A stretch of 64,000 nt of DNA from assembly GCA_918797485.1 (NCBI GenBank), contig CAKKNE010000006.1, positions 186,001-250,000 of the forward strand, read 5' to 3'. A model generated the notes under the pieces. The model was given only the letters and a program-made list of their open reading frames with translations, did no database searches and had not been told where the DNA came from. Positions 1 through 11,632 of this stretch are shown here, piece after piece; positions within the stretch are counted from its first letter, which is position 1; each line of letters starts with the position of its first letter. The position numbers and the translations under genes were made by a program. This stretch comes from Pelagomonas calceolata (lineage: Eukaryota).

Positions 1-159
1 CGCGATGCGGTCGGCAGCCCTGCAGCTCGCCACGAGTGGATCCTCGATCACAGGGAGCCGCCTGTTAGAGCATAACAGCCGCACCCAACACGGGTAGACT
101 TTATGCCTTGCATAGATGGATGTTGTGAGCACAGTAACGAGGTGCTCTGCGCAGACTTG

Positions 160-1954
160 GAGCCGCAGCCCTTCCATCACGGCCGAACGAGCGCCGCCCA
201 GAGTACAGCGAAATCGCTGTGCTTTTCACAGCCACATCGCTGTGTCCGGCACAGTGACGCGGCCGTGGTCGGCGCAGAGACGAGAGCACTCTTGAGCCGC
301 ATCTGGAGCCACGCAGCCCTATCACGGCATCACGGCGAACGAGCGCCGCCCAGAGTACAGCGAAATCGCTGTGCTTTTCACAGCCACATCGCTGTGTCCG
401 GCACAGTGACGCGGCCGTGGTCGGCGCAGAGACGAGAGCACTCTTGAGCCGCATCTGGAGCCACGCAGCCCTATCACGGCATCACGGCGAACGAGCGCCG
501 CCCAGAGTACAGCGAAATCGCTGTGCTTTTCACAGCCACATCGCTGTGTCCGGCACAGTGACGCGGCCGTGGTCGGCGCAGAGACGGCGAGCGCTTGAGC
601 CGCATCTGGAGCCACGCAGCCCTATCACGGCATCACGGCGAACGAGCGCCGCCCAGAGTACAGCGAAATCGCTGTGCTTTTCACAGCCACATCGCTGTGT
701 CCGGCACAGTGACGCGGCCGTGGTCGGCGCAGAGACGAGCGCACTCTTGAGCCGCATCTGGAGCCACGCAGCCCTATCACGGCATCACGGCGAACGAGCG
801 CCGCCCAGAGTACAGCGAAATCGCTGTGCTTTTCACAGCCACATCGCTGTGTCCGGCACAGTGACGCGGCCGTGGTCGGCGCAGAGACGAGAGCACTCTT
901 GAGCCGCATCTGGAGCCACGCAGCCCTATCACGGCATCACGGCGAACGAGCGCCGCCCAGAGTACAGCGAAATCGCTGTGCTTTTCACAGCCACATCGCT
1001 GTGTCCGGCACAGTGACGCGGCCGTGGTCGGCGCAGAGGCGAGCACCCTTGAGCCGCATCTGGAGCCACGCAGCCCTATCACGGCATCACGGCGAACGAG
1101 CGCCGCCCAGAGTACAGCGAAATCGCTGTGCTTTTCACAGCCACATCGCTGTGTCCGGCACAGTGACGCGGCCGTGGTCGGCGCAGAGGCGACGGCGTCA
1201 CCTTGAGCCGCATCTGGAGCCACGCCCTATCACGGCATCACGGCGAACGAGCGCCGCCCAGAGTACAGCGAAATCGCTGTGCTTTTCACAGCCACATCGC
1301 TGTGTCCGGCACAGTGACGCGGCCGTGGTCGGCGCAGAGGCGAGCGCCTTGAGCCGCATCTGGAGCCACGCAGCCCTATCACGGCATCACGGCGAACGAG
1401 CGCCGCCCAGAGTACAGCGAAATCGCTGTGCTTTTCACAGCCACATCGCTGTGTCCGGCACAGTGACGCGGCCGTGGTCGGCGCAGAGACGAGAGCACTC
1501 TTGAGCCGCATCTGGAGCCACGCAGCCCTATCACGGCATCACGGCGAACGAGCGCCGCCCAGAGTACAGCGAAATCGCTGTGCTTTTCACAGCCCATCGC
1601 TGTGTCCGGCACAGTGACGCGGCCGTGGTCGGGCGCAGAGGCGAGCACCTTGAGCCGCATCTGGAGCCACGCGCCCTATCACGGCATCACGGCGAACGAG
1701 CGCCGCCCAGAGTACAGCGAAATCGCTGTGCTTTTCACAGCCACATCGCTGTGTCCGGCACAGTGACGCGGCCGTGGTCGGCGCAGAGACGAGAGCACTC
1801 TTGAGCCGCATCTGGAGCCACGCAGCCCTATCACGGCATCACGGCGAACGAGCGCCGCCCAGAGTACAGCGAAATCGCTGTGCTTTTCACAGCCACATCG
1901 CTGTGTCCGGCACAGTGACGCGGCCGTGGTCGGCGCAGAGACGAGAGCACTCTT
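160..1954. repeat. Tandem satellite array, ~152-bp unit, 11 full copies (unit starts 294, 446, 597, 749, 901, 1051, 1205, 1351, 1503, 1652, 1803) plus a degenerate 5' partial copy
   Basis: Unit gagccgcatctggagccacgcagccctatcacggc...ggtcggcgcagagacgagagcactctt repeats directly; spacing 146-154 bp; the ORFs here are repeat artefacts. Confidence 0.97.
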
Positions 1955-2613
1955 GCACCCGCAGCAGCTCCAGTACCAAGTTGAGTAATTCTCATAGTGG
2001 ACTAGTATCTACGCGAGTAAGTATAAGTATATTAGGGGAAAGGGAGGGGTGCTGGACTACTACACCGGTGGTCGCGGCGGCCCGGACGCCGGCGACGCCC
2101 GCGCCCCCGATCGACCCGGCGCCCGAGCCCGAGGAGCCCGAGGAGCCCGAGGCGCAGCCCGAGGAGCCCAACGAGCCCGAAGATTCCAAGCTGTCCAAGT
2201 TGGCGAAGTTTATGAAGATGGTGCCGACCGGAAACTGAGGCTCCGCGAGGCGGTGCTCGGCACCGCGCCCGTCCCGAGCTATACCCCTGGTAGGACCGAT
2301 CTAAGTTTTATGATTCAAGCATTCAGATGACTTTTCCCCGGCCGCGCGAGACCCCCGCTCGACCTATGCTGGGCTCATCGCCGCCCGGCACCGCGGCGGG
2401 CGGCTGCCTCGCGGGCTCTCGCGCCGCGATTATCTGAGCTTGTCGTGGCCGCCCAGTCACAACCAGAGGCCTCCAGGGACCCTAGTCCCTCCCTCGGATG
2501 GCGTGTGCGCCTCCATCGACCGCGCCCTTTCTCGTGACCACTGGGTGAATTGGGTCGACCGCCGCCGTTGGCCCAGAAAGAGCGCATCGAGTGCAGCTAG
2601 TTAGGGACTTCTC

Positions 2614-5600
2614 TTAGTACGCGGGCACAGCCGCCGACTCGATACCGGCCGGGAAAGGATCCTCGAACTCGTCGTCGGAGAGCGCGTCGGCTTCGTCGCG
2701 GCGCCGCAACGGCGGCGGCGAGAGAGATGATGACGTCGCGCGGCCGGCGAGCGCTGCGTCCAGCGCGCGCTGCCATCGCTTCGCCGCCTGGGCGTTGAGC
2801 GCCTCGTGCCGCGCGGCGAGGCGGAGCCGCTGCTTCGCGAGCGCGTGCTTGGCCGCGCGGCTCCACTCCTCCTTGACCTGGCGTAGCCAGTTTGCACAGC
2901 GCTCGCGCAGGGAGGACAGGGCCGCGGCGTGCTCGGCGTCGCGCTGGCGCAGGTCGCGCGCGGCCTTGCGGCGCTCCTCGTCGACGGCGGCGCGGGCCGC
3001 GCCGAGCGCGTCGACGCGACCGTCGCGCGCCGCGGCGTCCTGGCGCTCGAGCGCCGCGGCGGCGCGCCGCGCCTCCGTCTCCGCATGCTGCGCGGCGTCC
3101 TCGGCGCGGCGGACGTCGTCGGCCGCGCGCCGGAGGCGGGCCTCGGCCTCGCGCGCGAGCGCGTCGAGCTCGCGATCCTTCTCCTCGCAGCGCTTGCGCC
3201 AGACGGCGGCGGCGTCGTGGTCGCCGGAGACGACGGCGACGCGCGGCCGGGCGCGCGGCGTCTGCAGCGGCGACACGATGGTCCGGATCGTCGCCGCCGC
3301 CTCCTTGAGGTGCGCCGCGTCGTCGGACGCCGACTCCAGCCGCGCCGCGACGTCCTCGACGGCCGCCGCCGCCTCGAGCGCCCCGCTGCCGGCCCGCGCC
3401 AGCACGGCGAGGCGGTCGACGTACACCTCGTAGGGCTCCGCCGTCGCGGCGACGTAGTTCGAATCGCCCGTCGCCGCCCAGGCCTTGCGCGCGTAGGCCG
3501 CCGCCGCGTCGCGCGCGCTCGCGACGTCGTGGCCCGAAAGCGCGTCCGTCTCGCCGACGCGGCGCGCCTCCTCCTCGAGCAGCTTGCGGAACTGGTCCAG
3601 CTGGTCGCGGTGCGTCGCGTCGCGCCGCGCGAGCTCCGTGGCGTGGGCCGCGCGCAGGCCCGCGAGGCGGCTCGCGTGCGCGCGGTCCTTCTCGCCCGTG
3701 GCGTCCGCGGCCGCGCGCGCCGCGTCGGCGAGGCGGCGCGCGGCGGCCTCGTCGGCGCGCGCGTGCGCCTCCGCGGCGGCCGCCAGGCGCGCCGCGGCGT
3801 CGTCGCGCTCGCGCCGCGCGGCGTCGGCCGCGGCGCGCGCGCTCTCGGCCTCGGCCCGCGACGCGCCGGCCGCCGCCGCCGCCTTGCGCGCCGCCGCGAC
3901 CTCGGCGGCCGCCTCGGCGCGGGCCGCGTCGACGTGCGCCGCCGTGTCGCGCGTGAGCGAGCCCGCCGCCGACGCCGCGGCGCGCGCGGCCGCCAGCTCG
4001 TCGGCAAAGGCCGCGCGCGCGGCGGCGAGCTCCTCGGCCGCCGCCTGCTCGCGCGCCGCGGCGTCGGCCGCCGCCACGGCCGCGGCGGCCTGGGACGCCG
4101 CCACGGCCGCCGCCTTGTCGGCATCGCAGGACTCTACGGCCTCGGCGACGGCGTCGACGACGGCCACGTGCATCGCCGACTCGTAGGCCACCCGCTGGAG
4201 GTCCAGGGCTTCGGCGCGCTCCTTCGTGCGCACGGCTAGCTCGGACGTGAGCGCGTCGACGCGCGCGCCCCAGGCCGCGCGCGCCGCCGCCTCGCGGTCG
4301 GTGAACTGGCGCTCGGCCGCGAGGCCCCGCAGCGCCTCCGTCGCTTTCTTCGAGGCCGCGGCGCCCTCCTGCACGGACACGCCCTGAATGCGCTTGAGCG
4401 CGACCTCGTGGGCGCGCTCCACCTTGCGGAGCTTGGCGTCGGCCCGGTCCTCGACCTCCCGGAGCTTGGCCTCGTAGGCGCGCGCGCTCTCGAGCCGCGC
4501 GAGCTCGGCCCGGCGCGCGGCGTCGCGGGCCTTGGTGGCCTCCTCGTTCGTGTGCGGCAGCGCCGCAGTTTTGGCCGCCGAGTCCGCGACGGCCGCGGCG
4601 GCCGCCGCGCGCGCCGCCGCCGCCTCGCCCCGCGCCGCGGAGATCTCCTCGCGCGCCGCGGCTAGCGCCTCGTCGCGCTCCCGCAGCGTCGCCTCGACCG
4701 CGTCGCGGCCCTGCCGCGCGACGTCTTCGGCGCAGCGCGTCGCCGCCTCGAGCTTCTCGCCGTCCAGCAGCACCTCCGTCTCGCGGCGCGCCGCCAGGTC
4801 GGCGACGGCCGCCGCCGCCGCGGCGTCCGCCGCGTCGGCGCGGTCGCGCGCGGCCGCCGCGGCGGTCGACGCTTCCGCCGAGGCCGCCTCGACGGCCGCC
4901 ACGCGCGCGCCGAGCGCCGCGCGCTCGACGGCCGCTGCCGCGGCCGCCTCCTGCAGCGCCGCGCGCTCGGCGGCGGCGCGGTCGCGCGCCTCGGCCGCCG
5001 CGCCCTCGCTGGCGCCGGCCGCCCGCTCGCCGCGCGCCGCGACGAGCGCCGCCGACGCGGCTGCGCTCGCCAGCGCCGCGCCCGCGGCCGCCGCGGCCGC
5101 CTCGGCGTCGCGCGCGGCCGTCACCGAGGCGCGCAACGCGGCGGCCTCGTCGGCGAGCTCGCGCGCCGCCGCGTCCGACGCGTCGGCGCGCGCGACGGCC
5201 GCCGACACGGCCGCCGCAACCGCGTCGCCGCGCGTCTCGTCGGACCACGACGCCGCCTCGGCGCGCGCCTCAGCTGCCGTCGCGGCGCGGCGCGCGGCGG
5301 CGGCGTCGGCCTCGGCCGCGCGCGCGCGCGCCTCGGCCGCCTCGAGCGACCGGCCCCGGTCCGCGGCGAGCGCCGTGGCGGCGGCCGCCTCGGCCTGGAG
5401 CGCCGCGACGCGGCGCTCGAACCCGTCCGCGCGCGCGGCCGCCGCGTCCGCGTCCGCGCGCGCCGCCGCTGCCGCCGCGCGCAGCGCCGCGGTCTCCTCT
5501 TCCTCGTGCGGCGCCGACATGGAAGCGTGCTCCGCCACGGCCTTCGCGAGCCGCGCGTCCGTGGCGTCGCGCGCCGCGGCGGCCGCGGCGGCCGACGCCC

Positions 5601-6867
5601 GGGCCTCCGCCGCGGCCTCGGCCGCCTCCGAGGCGGCGGCGTCGCTCGCGTCGCAGCGCGCCTTGAGGCCCGCAATGTCGCTCCGCAGGGCGTCGCGGTC
5701 CTTGGCCGCCAGATCCAGCGCGCAGCGCAGTTCGTTCTTCTCGTCGCGTTCTTGCGCCGCGACGCGGGCGCCCAGCTCGACTTTCTCGGAGGCGTGGCGG
5801 GTCGCCAGGCGCGCGAGCTCTTCCTTGAGTTGCTCGCGCTCGCGCGCCGCCGCGCGACTCTCCTTGCGGCGCTCGTCCGAAAGGCTCCGCAGCGCGGCTT
5901 CTGCGGCTTTCAGCCGCGCGCGGAGCTCGAGGTCCGCGCCGCGTTGGTGGCGCGCATCCTGGCGCGCGAGCGCGTCCTCCGTGGGTGGAGCGGCCACCAG
6001 GTAGCCCGCGAGCTCGTCGTCGTCGTCGCCTTCCTTCTGCGGGGACTCCGGCGGCGCGACGTAGGGCTCGAGGGCGTTCTCCTCTTCGTCGTCGACGTCC
6101 TCGCCCAGGTCGAGCCGGGCCTTTGTGGGCGTGCCGTCGCGCTGCTTTCTGGTCGCGAGCTTGGCCTCGAGCGACGCGTTGGCTTTTTGCAGCGACGCCT
6201 TCTCGTCCTTGAGCTCGTCGATCCGAGCGTTCCGCGCGTCGACGGCGGCCTCGAGCTCGCAGCCCTTTTGCGTCTCGGTGCGGAGCTCGCGCTTCGTCTC
6301 CTCGAGCTCCGTCGTCAAGGATTCGATCACCTCGTCCTTGGCCGCCTCGAGCGCGGATTGGGCCTTGAGCGAGTCGGCGAGCATCTCCTTGACCTTTTCG
6401 GCGTGGGCCCGTTCTCGGGCCTTCGCGAGCGTCTCGAGCGTCGCGCGCTCGAGGCGCCAGGCCGCCTGCTCGTCGTCACTTTTCTTGGGCCGCGAGGCCG
6501 CCGCCTCGAGCGCGAGTATCTTGAGGCGGTCCGCCTCGCCCCGCGCGGCGGCGGCTTGCAAGCGCCGCGCGGCGTCGGCGGCCCACGCCTGGAGCTGCGA
6601 GAGGTTCGCGAGCGGCGGGTCGGGGCCGCGCGTCGCCTCGCCCTCGGAGTCGTCGTCGATGACGCGCTCCGGGAAGAGCGTCCGGTTGGTCTGCTCGTCC
6701 GGCGACACGCGGCGCGTCTGGCCGGCCCAGAGGGCGTCGCCCGGCGTCTTCTGCGGCGCCTGGCTCCGCAGGTCCGCGTCCCAGGCGCCGAGCGGGTCCG
6801 CCTCGCCGAGGATCTCGTCGAGCGTCGACGCGAGGCCCAGGTCGGGGGCGCCGCGGTCGTAGTCCAT
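2614..6867 (-). CDS. Large Ala/Glu/Arg-rich coiled-coil protein (1417 aa), function unknown
   Basis: Uninterrupted ATG-started ORF with heptad-like composition over most of its length; GC3-rich codons. Confidence 0.75.
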   Translation of the reverse strand: MDYDRGAPDLGLASTLDEILGEADPLGAWDADLRSQAPQKTPGDALWAGQTRRVSPDEQTNRTLFPERVIDDDSEGEATRGPDPPLANLSQLQAWAADAARRLQAAAARGEADRLKILALEAAASRPKKSDDEQAAWRLERATLETLAKARERAHAEKVKEMLADSLKAQSALEAAKDEVIESLTTELEETKRELRTETQKGCELEAAVDARNARIDELKDEKASLQKANASLEAKLATRKQRDGTPTKARLDLGEDVDDEEENALEPYVAPPESPQKEGDDDDELAGYLVAAPPTEDALARQDARHQRGADLELRARLKAAEAALRSLSDERRKESRAAAREREQLKEELARLATRHASEKVELGARVAAQERDEKNELRCALDLAAKDRDALRSDIAGLKARCDASDAAASEAAEAAAEARASAAAAAAARDATDARLAKAVAEHASMSAPHEEEETAALRAAAAAARADADAAAARADGFERRVAALQAEAAAATALAADRGRSLEAAEARARAAEADAAAARRAATAAEARAEAASWSDETRGDAVAAAVSAAVARADASDAAARELADEAAALRASVTAARDAEAAAAAAGAALASAAASAALVAARGERAAGASEGAAAEARDRAAAERAALQEAAAAAAVERAALGARVAAVEAASAEASTAAAAARDRADAADAAAAAAVADLAARRETEVLLDGEKLEAATRCAEDVARQGRDAVEATLRERDEALAAAREEISAARGEAAAARAAAAAAVADSAAKTAALPHTNEEATKARDAARRAELARLESARAYEAKLREVEDRADAKLRKVERAHEVALKRIQGVSVQEGAAASKKATEALRGLAAERQFTDREAAARAAWGARVDALTSELAVRTKERAEALDLQRVAYESAMHVAVVDAVAEAVESCDADKAAAVAASQAAAAVAAADAAAREQAAAEELAAARAAFADELAAARAAASAAGSLTRDTAAHVDAARAEAAAEVAAARKAAAAAGASRAEAESARAAADAARRERDDAAARLAAAAEAHARADEAAARRLADAARAAADATGEKDRAHASRLAGLRAAHATELARRDATHRDQLDQFRKLLEEEARRVGETDALSGHDVASARDAAAAYARKAWAATGDSNYVAATAEPYEVYVDRLAVLARAGSGALEAAAAVEDVAARLESASDDAAHLKEAAATIRTIVSPLQTPRARPRVAVVSGDHDAAAVWRKRCEEKDRELDALAREAEARLRRAADDVRRAEDAAQHAETEARRAAAALERQDAAARDGRVDALGAARAAVDEERRKAARDLRQRDAEHAAALSSLRERCANWLRQVKEEWSRAAKHALAKQRLRLAARHEALNAQAAKRWQRALDAALAGRATSSSLSPPPLRRRDEADALSDDEFEDPFPAGIESAAVPAY

Positions 6868-7399
6868 CGTGCGGCGCGCTGCTTTTTTGCAGCGACGCGC
6901 TGCAGCTTTTGCGCGCGCTCCTTGCTTTGCGCGCGCAGAGTGCTTTTGCTCTCTCTCGCGGTTTCACTCCTTATGTGCGGGCTCAGGCTATCCAAACACA
7001 ACAAGGCGACAGCTGGTGCCAACCAATGCTGCTGTGCAAGCGTGGGGCTGGGGTGAGCAGGTCAAATGCGAGCTCGGCGTCTCGCGCCTTTTGGTTCAAA
7101 ACCCGTCGCCGTGTTTGCGTCTAGCCATCGGTACGCCGGGACGGCTCGGCAAAGGGCTCCTCAGGCACGAACTCGCGGGGGGCGCACATGGCATCGCCTC
7201 CATGTTTGGGGTTGCTGTGCATGGGCTTTGGAGAGGACCACTGCCGAGCAGGGCTTGTGCAATATACGCTCAAAAAGCATACTCTTGCAACAGCCTAAAG
7301 GTGTGTCTCGCTGATCACGCTCACGCCTTGCTGCGTCTCGCTGTTGCTGCAATCACTGCGGTGCCACTTGGCACAGCTGGGTGCAGCGACGCGCGCGCG

Positions 7400-8275
7400 A
7401 TGGCTGCAGGAGCACCTCGACGAGTCATGTTGTTGTTGTTCGCTGCTGCGACAGCAGCCGTAAACGGCGCAGCGCCGCGCCGCGCGCCGACCGCGTCGCT
7501 GGTGCGACGGCGGCCGCAGAGGCCACCGCAAAGGCTGTGGCTCCGCGGCGGCGCACGCGACGACGACGACGACGATGACGACAACGACGACGACGAAAAG
7601 GAGCCGGGCGCGGTGGCGGCGTTATTGGGAGACCTGCCGCCGTGCCTCCGAGCGCACGTCGTCGGCGTCGCCGCGACGACGGCCATCGCGCTGTCGGGCG
7701 TCGTCGACCCGAACACGGCGCTCGCACTCGACACGCCGCGCACGATCGGCAAGCTGCAACTGTGGCGACCGATCACGTCGGCGTGCTTCCTCGGGCCGCC
7801 GTCGATGGGCTCCGCGACGTCCTTGTATTTGCTCGTGAAGTACGGCCGGGAGCTGGAGACGGCGGTCGGCACGACGCCCTTCGCCAAATTCCTGATCCTC
7901 CAGACGGTGATGCTGGCGCTCTTCGGCGGCGCCCTCGGAGTGCCTTTCGTGGGCAACGCTCTGATCACGGCGGTGATCTACGCGTGCTCGCGCCTGGAGC
8001 CCTTCGGAAACATCCAGTTCCAGTTCGGAATAACCCTGAAGTACTGGATGCTGCCCTTTGGTTTGATGGCCGTCGAGATGCTCCAGCAGCAGGGGTCGGT
8101 CGCCGCCGTCGTGCCCCACATACTCGGGGTGTTGTGCGCGCACTTCCACCACTTCTTCGCCGTCGTCTGGCCGCGCATCATGCTCGAGGAGAACGGCGGC
8201 GACGCGCCGGGGCCGCGGTCGAAGGCGTCGCCGCTGGCGCAGACGCGCGCGGGGCGAAAGCTGGGGAGCGGGTAG
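7400..8275 (+). CDS. DER1: Derlin (Der1-like) membrane protein with N-terminal signal/transit presequence; probable symbiont-derived SELMA Der1
   Basis: Motifs LQLWRPITSACFLG, YGRELE, FGITLKYWMLPF, HILGVLCAHFHHF match the Derlin family; hydrophobic signal plus Arg-rich extension ending LRGG; start at ATG 7400 (or 7427). Confidence 0.8.
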   Translation: MAAGAPRRVMLLLFAAATAAVNGAAPRRAPTASLVRRRPQRPPQRLWLRGGARDDDDDDDDNDDDEKEPGAVAALLGDLPPCLRAHVVGVAATTAIALSGVVDPNTALALDTPRTIGKLQLWRPITSACFLGPPSMGSATSLYLLVKYGRELETAVGTTPFAKFLILQTVMLALFGGALGVPFVGNALITAVIYACSRLEPFGNIQFQFGITLKYWMLPFGLMAVEMLQQQGSVAAVVPHILGVLCAHFHHFFAVVWPRIMLEENGGDAPGPRSKASPLAQTRAGRKLGSG

Positions 8276-8425
8276 TAGAAGTGGGGCGTCTATATATTCA
8301 AGAATGGTCTGAGTGATACGTTGCGAAGCTTTGCTTAGTCCCCCAGGGAGACGGCGCGGCGCCGCGGAGAGAGAACGAAAGGGAGGGAGGGGGTTGCTTG
8401 CCCAGGCGGGCTAACACGAGGTCAT

Positions 8426-11246
8426 TCAGGCCGCGTCTTGGGCGTCGCCGTTGACGGCGGGCTCCGCCGTCGTGGAGTCGGAAATCAAGGCGGGCTTCTG
8501 CCAGACTTTAATTTCGCCCGGGCTCAACCAATGCCCGCTGCCCGAGATGAGGCGGCCGTCTGACAAAACAGCCATGCAATTGATGGGATACTTGTGTTCG
8601 TCCAACACCATCACAGTACTACCCGCCGTGACGTCCCACACTCTAATCGACCGGTCTTTCGAGCCGGAAGCGAGCAGGGTCAGCTTCTCGTGCGGCAAGT
8701 CCGACAAGCACGTGATCCAGCCAGAGTGTCCTTCCAGCGTATGAATGCGGTCCCCGGAATCATCCTTCGACACAATGATTTTGTAGTTGGCCATGCACGT
8801 CGAGGCGATGCGTTTTCCAGTTAGACTTAGCGCGTGCGTGATCGAGCTCTGGTGCTCAAACTCAGAAATGACTTCCGTGGCGGTACTGTTCCACACTTTA
8901 ACCAAGCGGTCCCCGCCGCCAGAGATGATCAGCTCAGACTCGCGAGTAAAGGCGATGCACGTAACCTTCTCCTCGTGCGCCTCTATGCACTTGTAATAGC
9001 GCGAGTGAGGATTGAGAGACGACTCAGACGCGTGTGGACCCCAATATTGGATCTCACCACTCGAATGTCCTGTGACGAGCGTGCCGTCGGCCTTGGCCCC
9101 CACGCACGTGACCTATCAAGTTGGCGTACGTACGGTGAGATAGCAATTTCAAAAGAGGCTCCGCGCCGCACGCAGTTCTGGGTCCACGTAAACGGCCGCC
9201 CCACGAATACGAGTTCGCCGTGCTTGTAGCCCCAATAATTCACATAAGGGGACCTGTGCGGAAATCAACCAGCGATTTAGGTTACGAGCCGACGCGGCCA
9301 CGGGGACAACGCCGCGTCGATGGCGTGGAATCGCCACGCCATCGCGCAGACGCAGCTACGGAAGCACGTCGCGTCGATAGCGTGGGCGCCCGAAATTTGA
9401 GTTCCACTCAGGAATGGGCCCGTTGCCGTCAGCAATTAAGCCGTTCAACTCATGACAGTTCCAGACTTCCTGCGAGGGGAACGTTGTGCCGCGGGGCAGG
9501 TCGCTCGCGAGAGACGCCGCGGAATCGACGTGGTACTCTCGATGACCCCTCGCTTGCAGAACGTGCATGTCCCCGCTGTCACGTTCTATCGTAACGATGC
9601 CCCTCGGTACATAGGTGCCAAGAACCTGTGTGCAAAAATTCTAAAGGCCGCGGGCCAGATCGCCACGAGACGCCGCAGAACCGACGTCTGACTGTACATG
9701 ACCCGTCGAAGTCTTCAGGCATTCGCGACGATCGATGTCCCATCTCTTAGTAATGCCCTCATGCGACGTGATGATATCGCCAATGCAGCCTTCGGGCGGG
9801 ACAATGATGCTGTAGACCTACGGAGCGGATACAGCCAAACTGCACATGGTCGAGATCAACGCCGGCGAACGCACCGCACCCATGTTGTTCCCTCCGATCG
9901 ATATGGCCTCCGGAGCTTCGTAAATCGCGTCCTTTCCGGAAATCTTCTCGAAAACCCTGAAGGGCTGGCGACCTGCGCGAAGGGCGGTGAGCTGGTGGCG
10001 TCGACCGCGTTGGACCCGACACCGATGCGAACAGATCGGACAAAGAGCCGGCCCCGATTGCGCTCGTTCGGTCAGGCGGATAGCGCAATCGACGCAGATT
10101 GACGTGTGGTTGCAAGGGTGGAGCCGCGCGTTCGGAGCACAATCCATGCAAATAGTGCACAAGTTCACGGCGGCGGCCGGCGACTGGAGGGCCCGGACGA
10201 GAGTCGTCGCGCGGGTTGGGGTCGACGGCGCGTTGTCGATTGGAGCAGGCTCTGTGGTGTCCTGTAGCGCAATTATCGGGGTAAAACATCTAATCAGCGG
10301 GGTAATAAAATGGCCGTCAGCCCCGCGGTTGGTGGGGCCGTCGGGCCCGATCATGCTAATGAAGGTTCCAAAAAGCTTTGCTACTTCATCATGTACAAAG
10401 TTGGCCGCCTCGCAGTCGGTGTGGCGGAACGCCTCACAAGCAACTGCCAGCGGGTTAGTGCCAATCTCAGTGCCGAACCGCTCGACGAGGTTCGTTGGAT
10501 CCAACCTTGCGTGCTCGCCCGTCAATAAGTTCGCGACCACGGCGATCCAGGCGTCAGTGTCCTCGCCCTTCGTGCCCGTCGCGGCTTCCGGAGCGAAGAC
10601 GCAACCAGTAAGATCGTCGAGATGAAGGACCGCGAGGAAACCAGGCCCCGAGGATAATATAGTCGTGAGATCTTGAATACGGCCCGGGACGCAGCGCACC
10701 GAGATGGCGGCGGGGCACACGGCGCCATGGACGATGTCGCACGCGCGCAGATGATCCAAGCCAGCCGCCACGTCGGCAGCGAATTTTAACCGTTGGCTTG
10801 GCGACATTTCCGGGTGCATGAGCAGCGCATTCTCGAGCGTGCCCACGAACTCGCCGTCGTGAAAAGTTTCGCCGTAGTGCCGCACGGCCGGAAACGGGGA
10901 CGCGAAGCATATAGGCCCGGCATCGTCGATATGGTAGAAGAGGATCGGACACAACGCCGGGTGCGAGACGAGGGACAGTGTCCGGAGCCTGTGTGGAAGG
11001 GACGCTGATGCACCGAGATGAGTGAAGTGTTTCCCACACTGCCTCGCGCCGAGCGGCTAGAGTGGGCCGCGCGGTGCTGGGGTGATCGTCCAGGCGTCTG
11101 ATGACGACGGGTCGCCCGTTCAAGACGCTGACGGAGGCTTGGCCGAAGGCGCCGCCTTTCTGGTAGGGGGACGCGTGCGCGATTGCAGCCTCGAACGGGC
11201 CGAAACTTAGTTGAAACGAGCACCCCGCGCTGCCTACGTTCTCCAT
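8426..11246 (-). CDS. Multi-exon protein: degenerate kinase domain + C3HC4 RING + WD40 repeats
   Basis: GGAFGQ loop, SHPALCPI, DVAAGLDHL..IVHG; RING CTICMD..PCNH..CVDC..CPIC; WD repeats (SGGGDRLVKVWN, SGSKDRSIRVWD). Inferred introns 10989-11049, 9818-9874, 9626-9697, 9254-9419 and one unresolved intron ending near 9113. Confidence 0.65.
9254..9411 (-). mobile_element. Introner element (diverged, subfamily B); inferred intron 9254-9419 with GC donor
   Basis: TIR ctgtgcggaaatcaa...ttgagttccactcag; TSD degenerate; shares aaatttcgggcgcc and cgtagctgcgtctgc with the 40786 copy. Confidence 0.75.
10989..11049 (-). mobile_element. Miniature decayed introner-derived intron (61 nt, GC-AG)
   Basis: Ends ttccacacag, starts gcgcgagg+cagtgtgggaa on the minus strand; removal joins the two kinase ORFs in frame (..AAR|LRTLSLVSHP..). 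Confidence 0.65.
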
Positions 11247-11632
11247 GATGCAGCGAAGGGCGGCGTGGACTAATTTACGAGGCTGCCGGCGTGGCGCGTC
11301 GTCAATTGGCAATTTCGGTTCTTTTGGCGTCGATTGCGTGGGCAGCCTCCAGATTAGGGCCTTGACATCGGACTGCCTGCTGCGCTTTTGCCGGGTGGCA
11401 CCTGCAGTCGTCCGGGAACGGTCCCGAGGCTTGCTGACGACGAGTAGATTGTGGCTAACGTGCGGGTTTTGCTAGGCGATGATGATGGGCCCGATGATGT
11501 CGCTTTAACAGGCGCACAAGGCCCAATTCATAGATCTGGTTACGCAGAATCTGTGCGAGCTCCGACTGCACAAGTCGCCAGCTCTGCGTGCAGGAATAGC
11601 GCACGTCTAAGGACGCTGCAACAGGCAGAGCC

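Noticed and set aside
160..1954. CRISPR array or coding repeat
   Set aside because: No unique spacers (only a short related junction varies), no cas genes, eukaryotic context; ORFs shift frame from unit to unit
2049..2330. PEE-repeat ORF fragment
   Set aside because: No convincing start or domain; cannot be supported as a gene
2597..7056. Long overlapping Arg/Ala/Gly-rich ORFs here and throughout the window
   Set aside because: Shadow ORFs expected from very high GC and stop-codon scarcity
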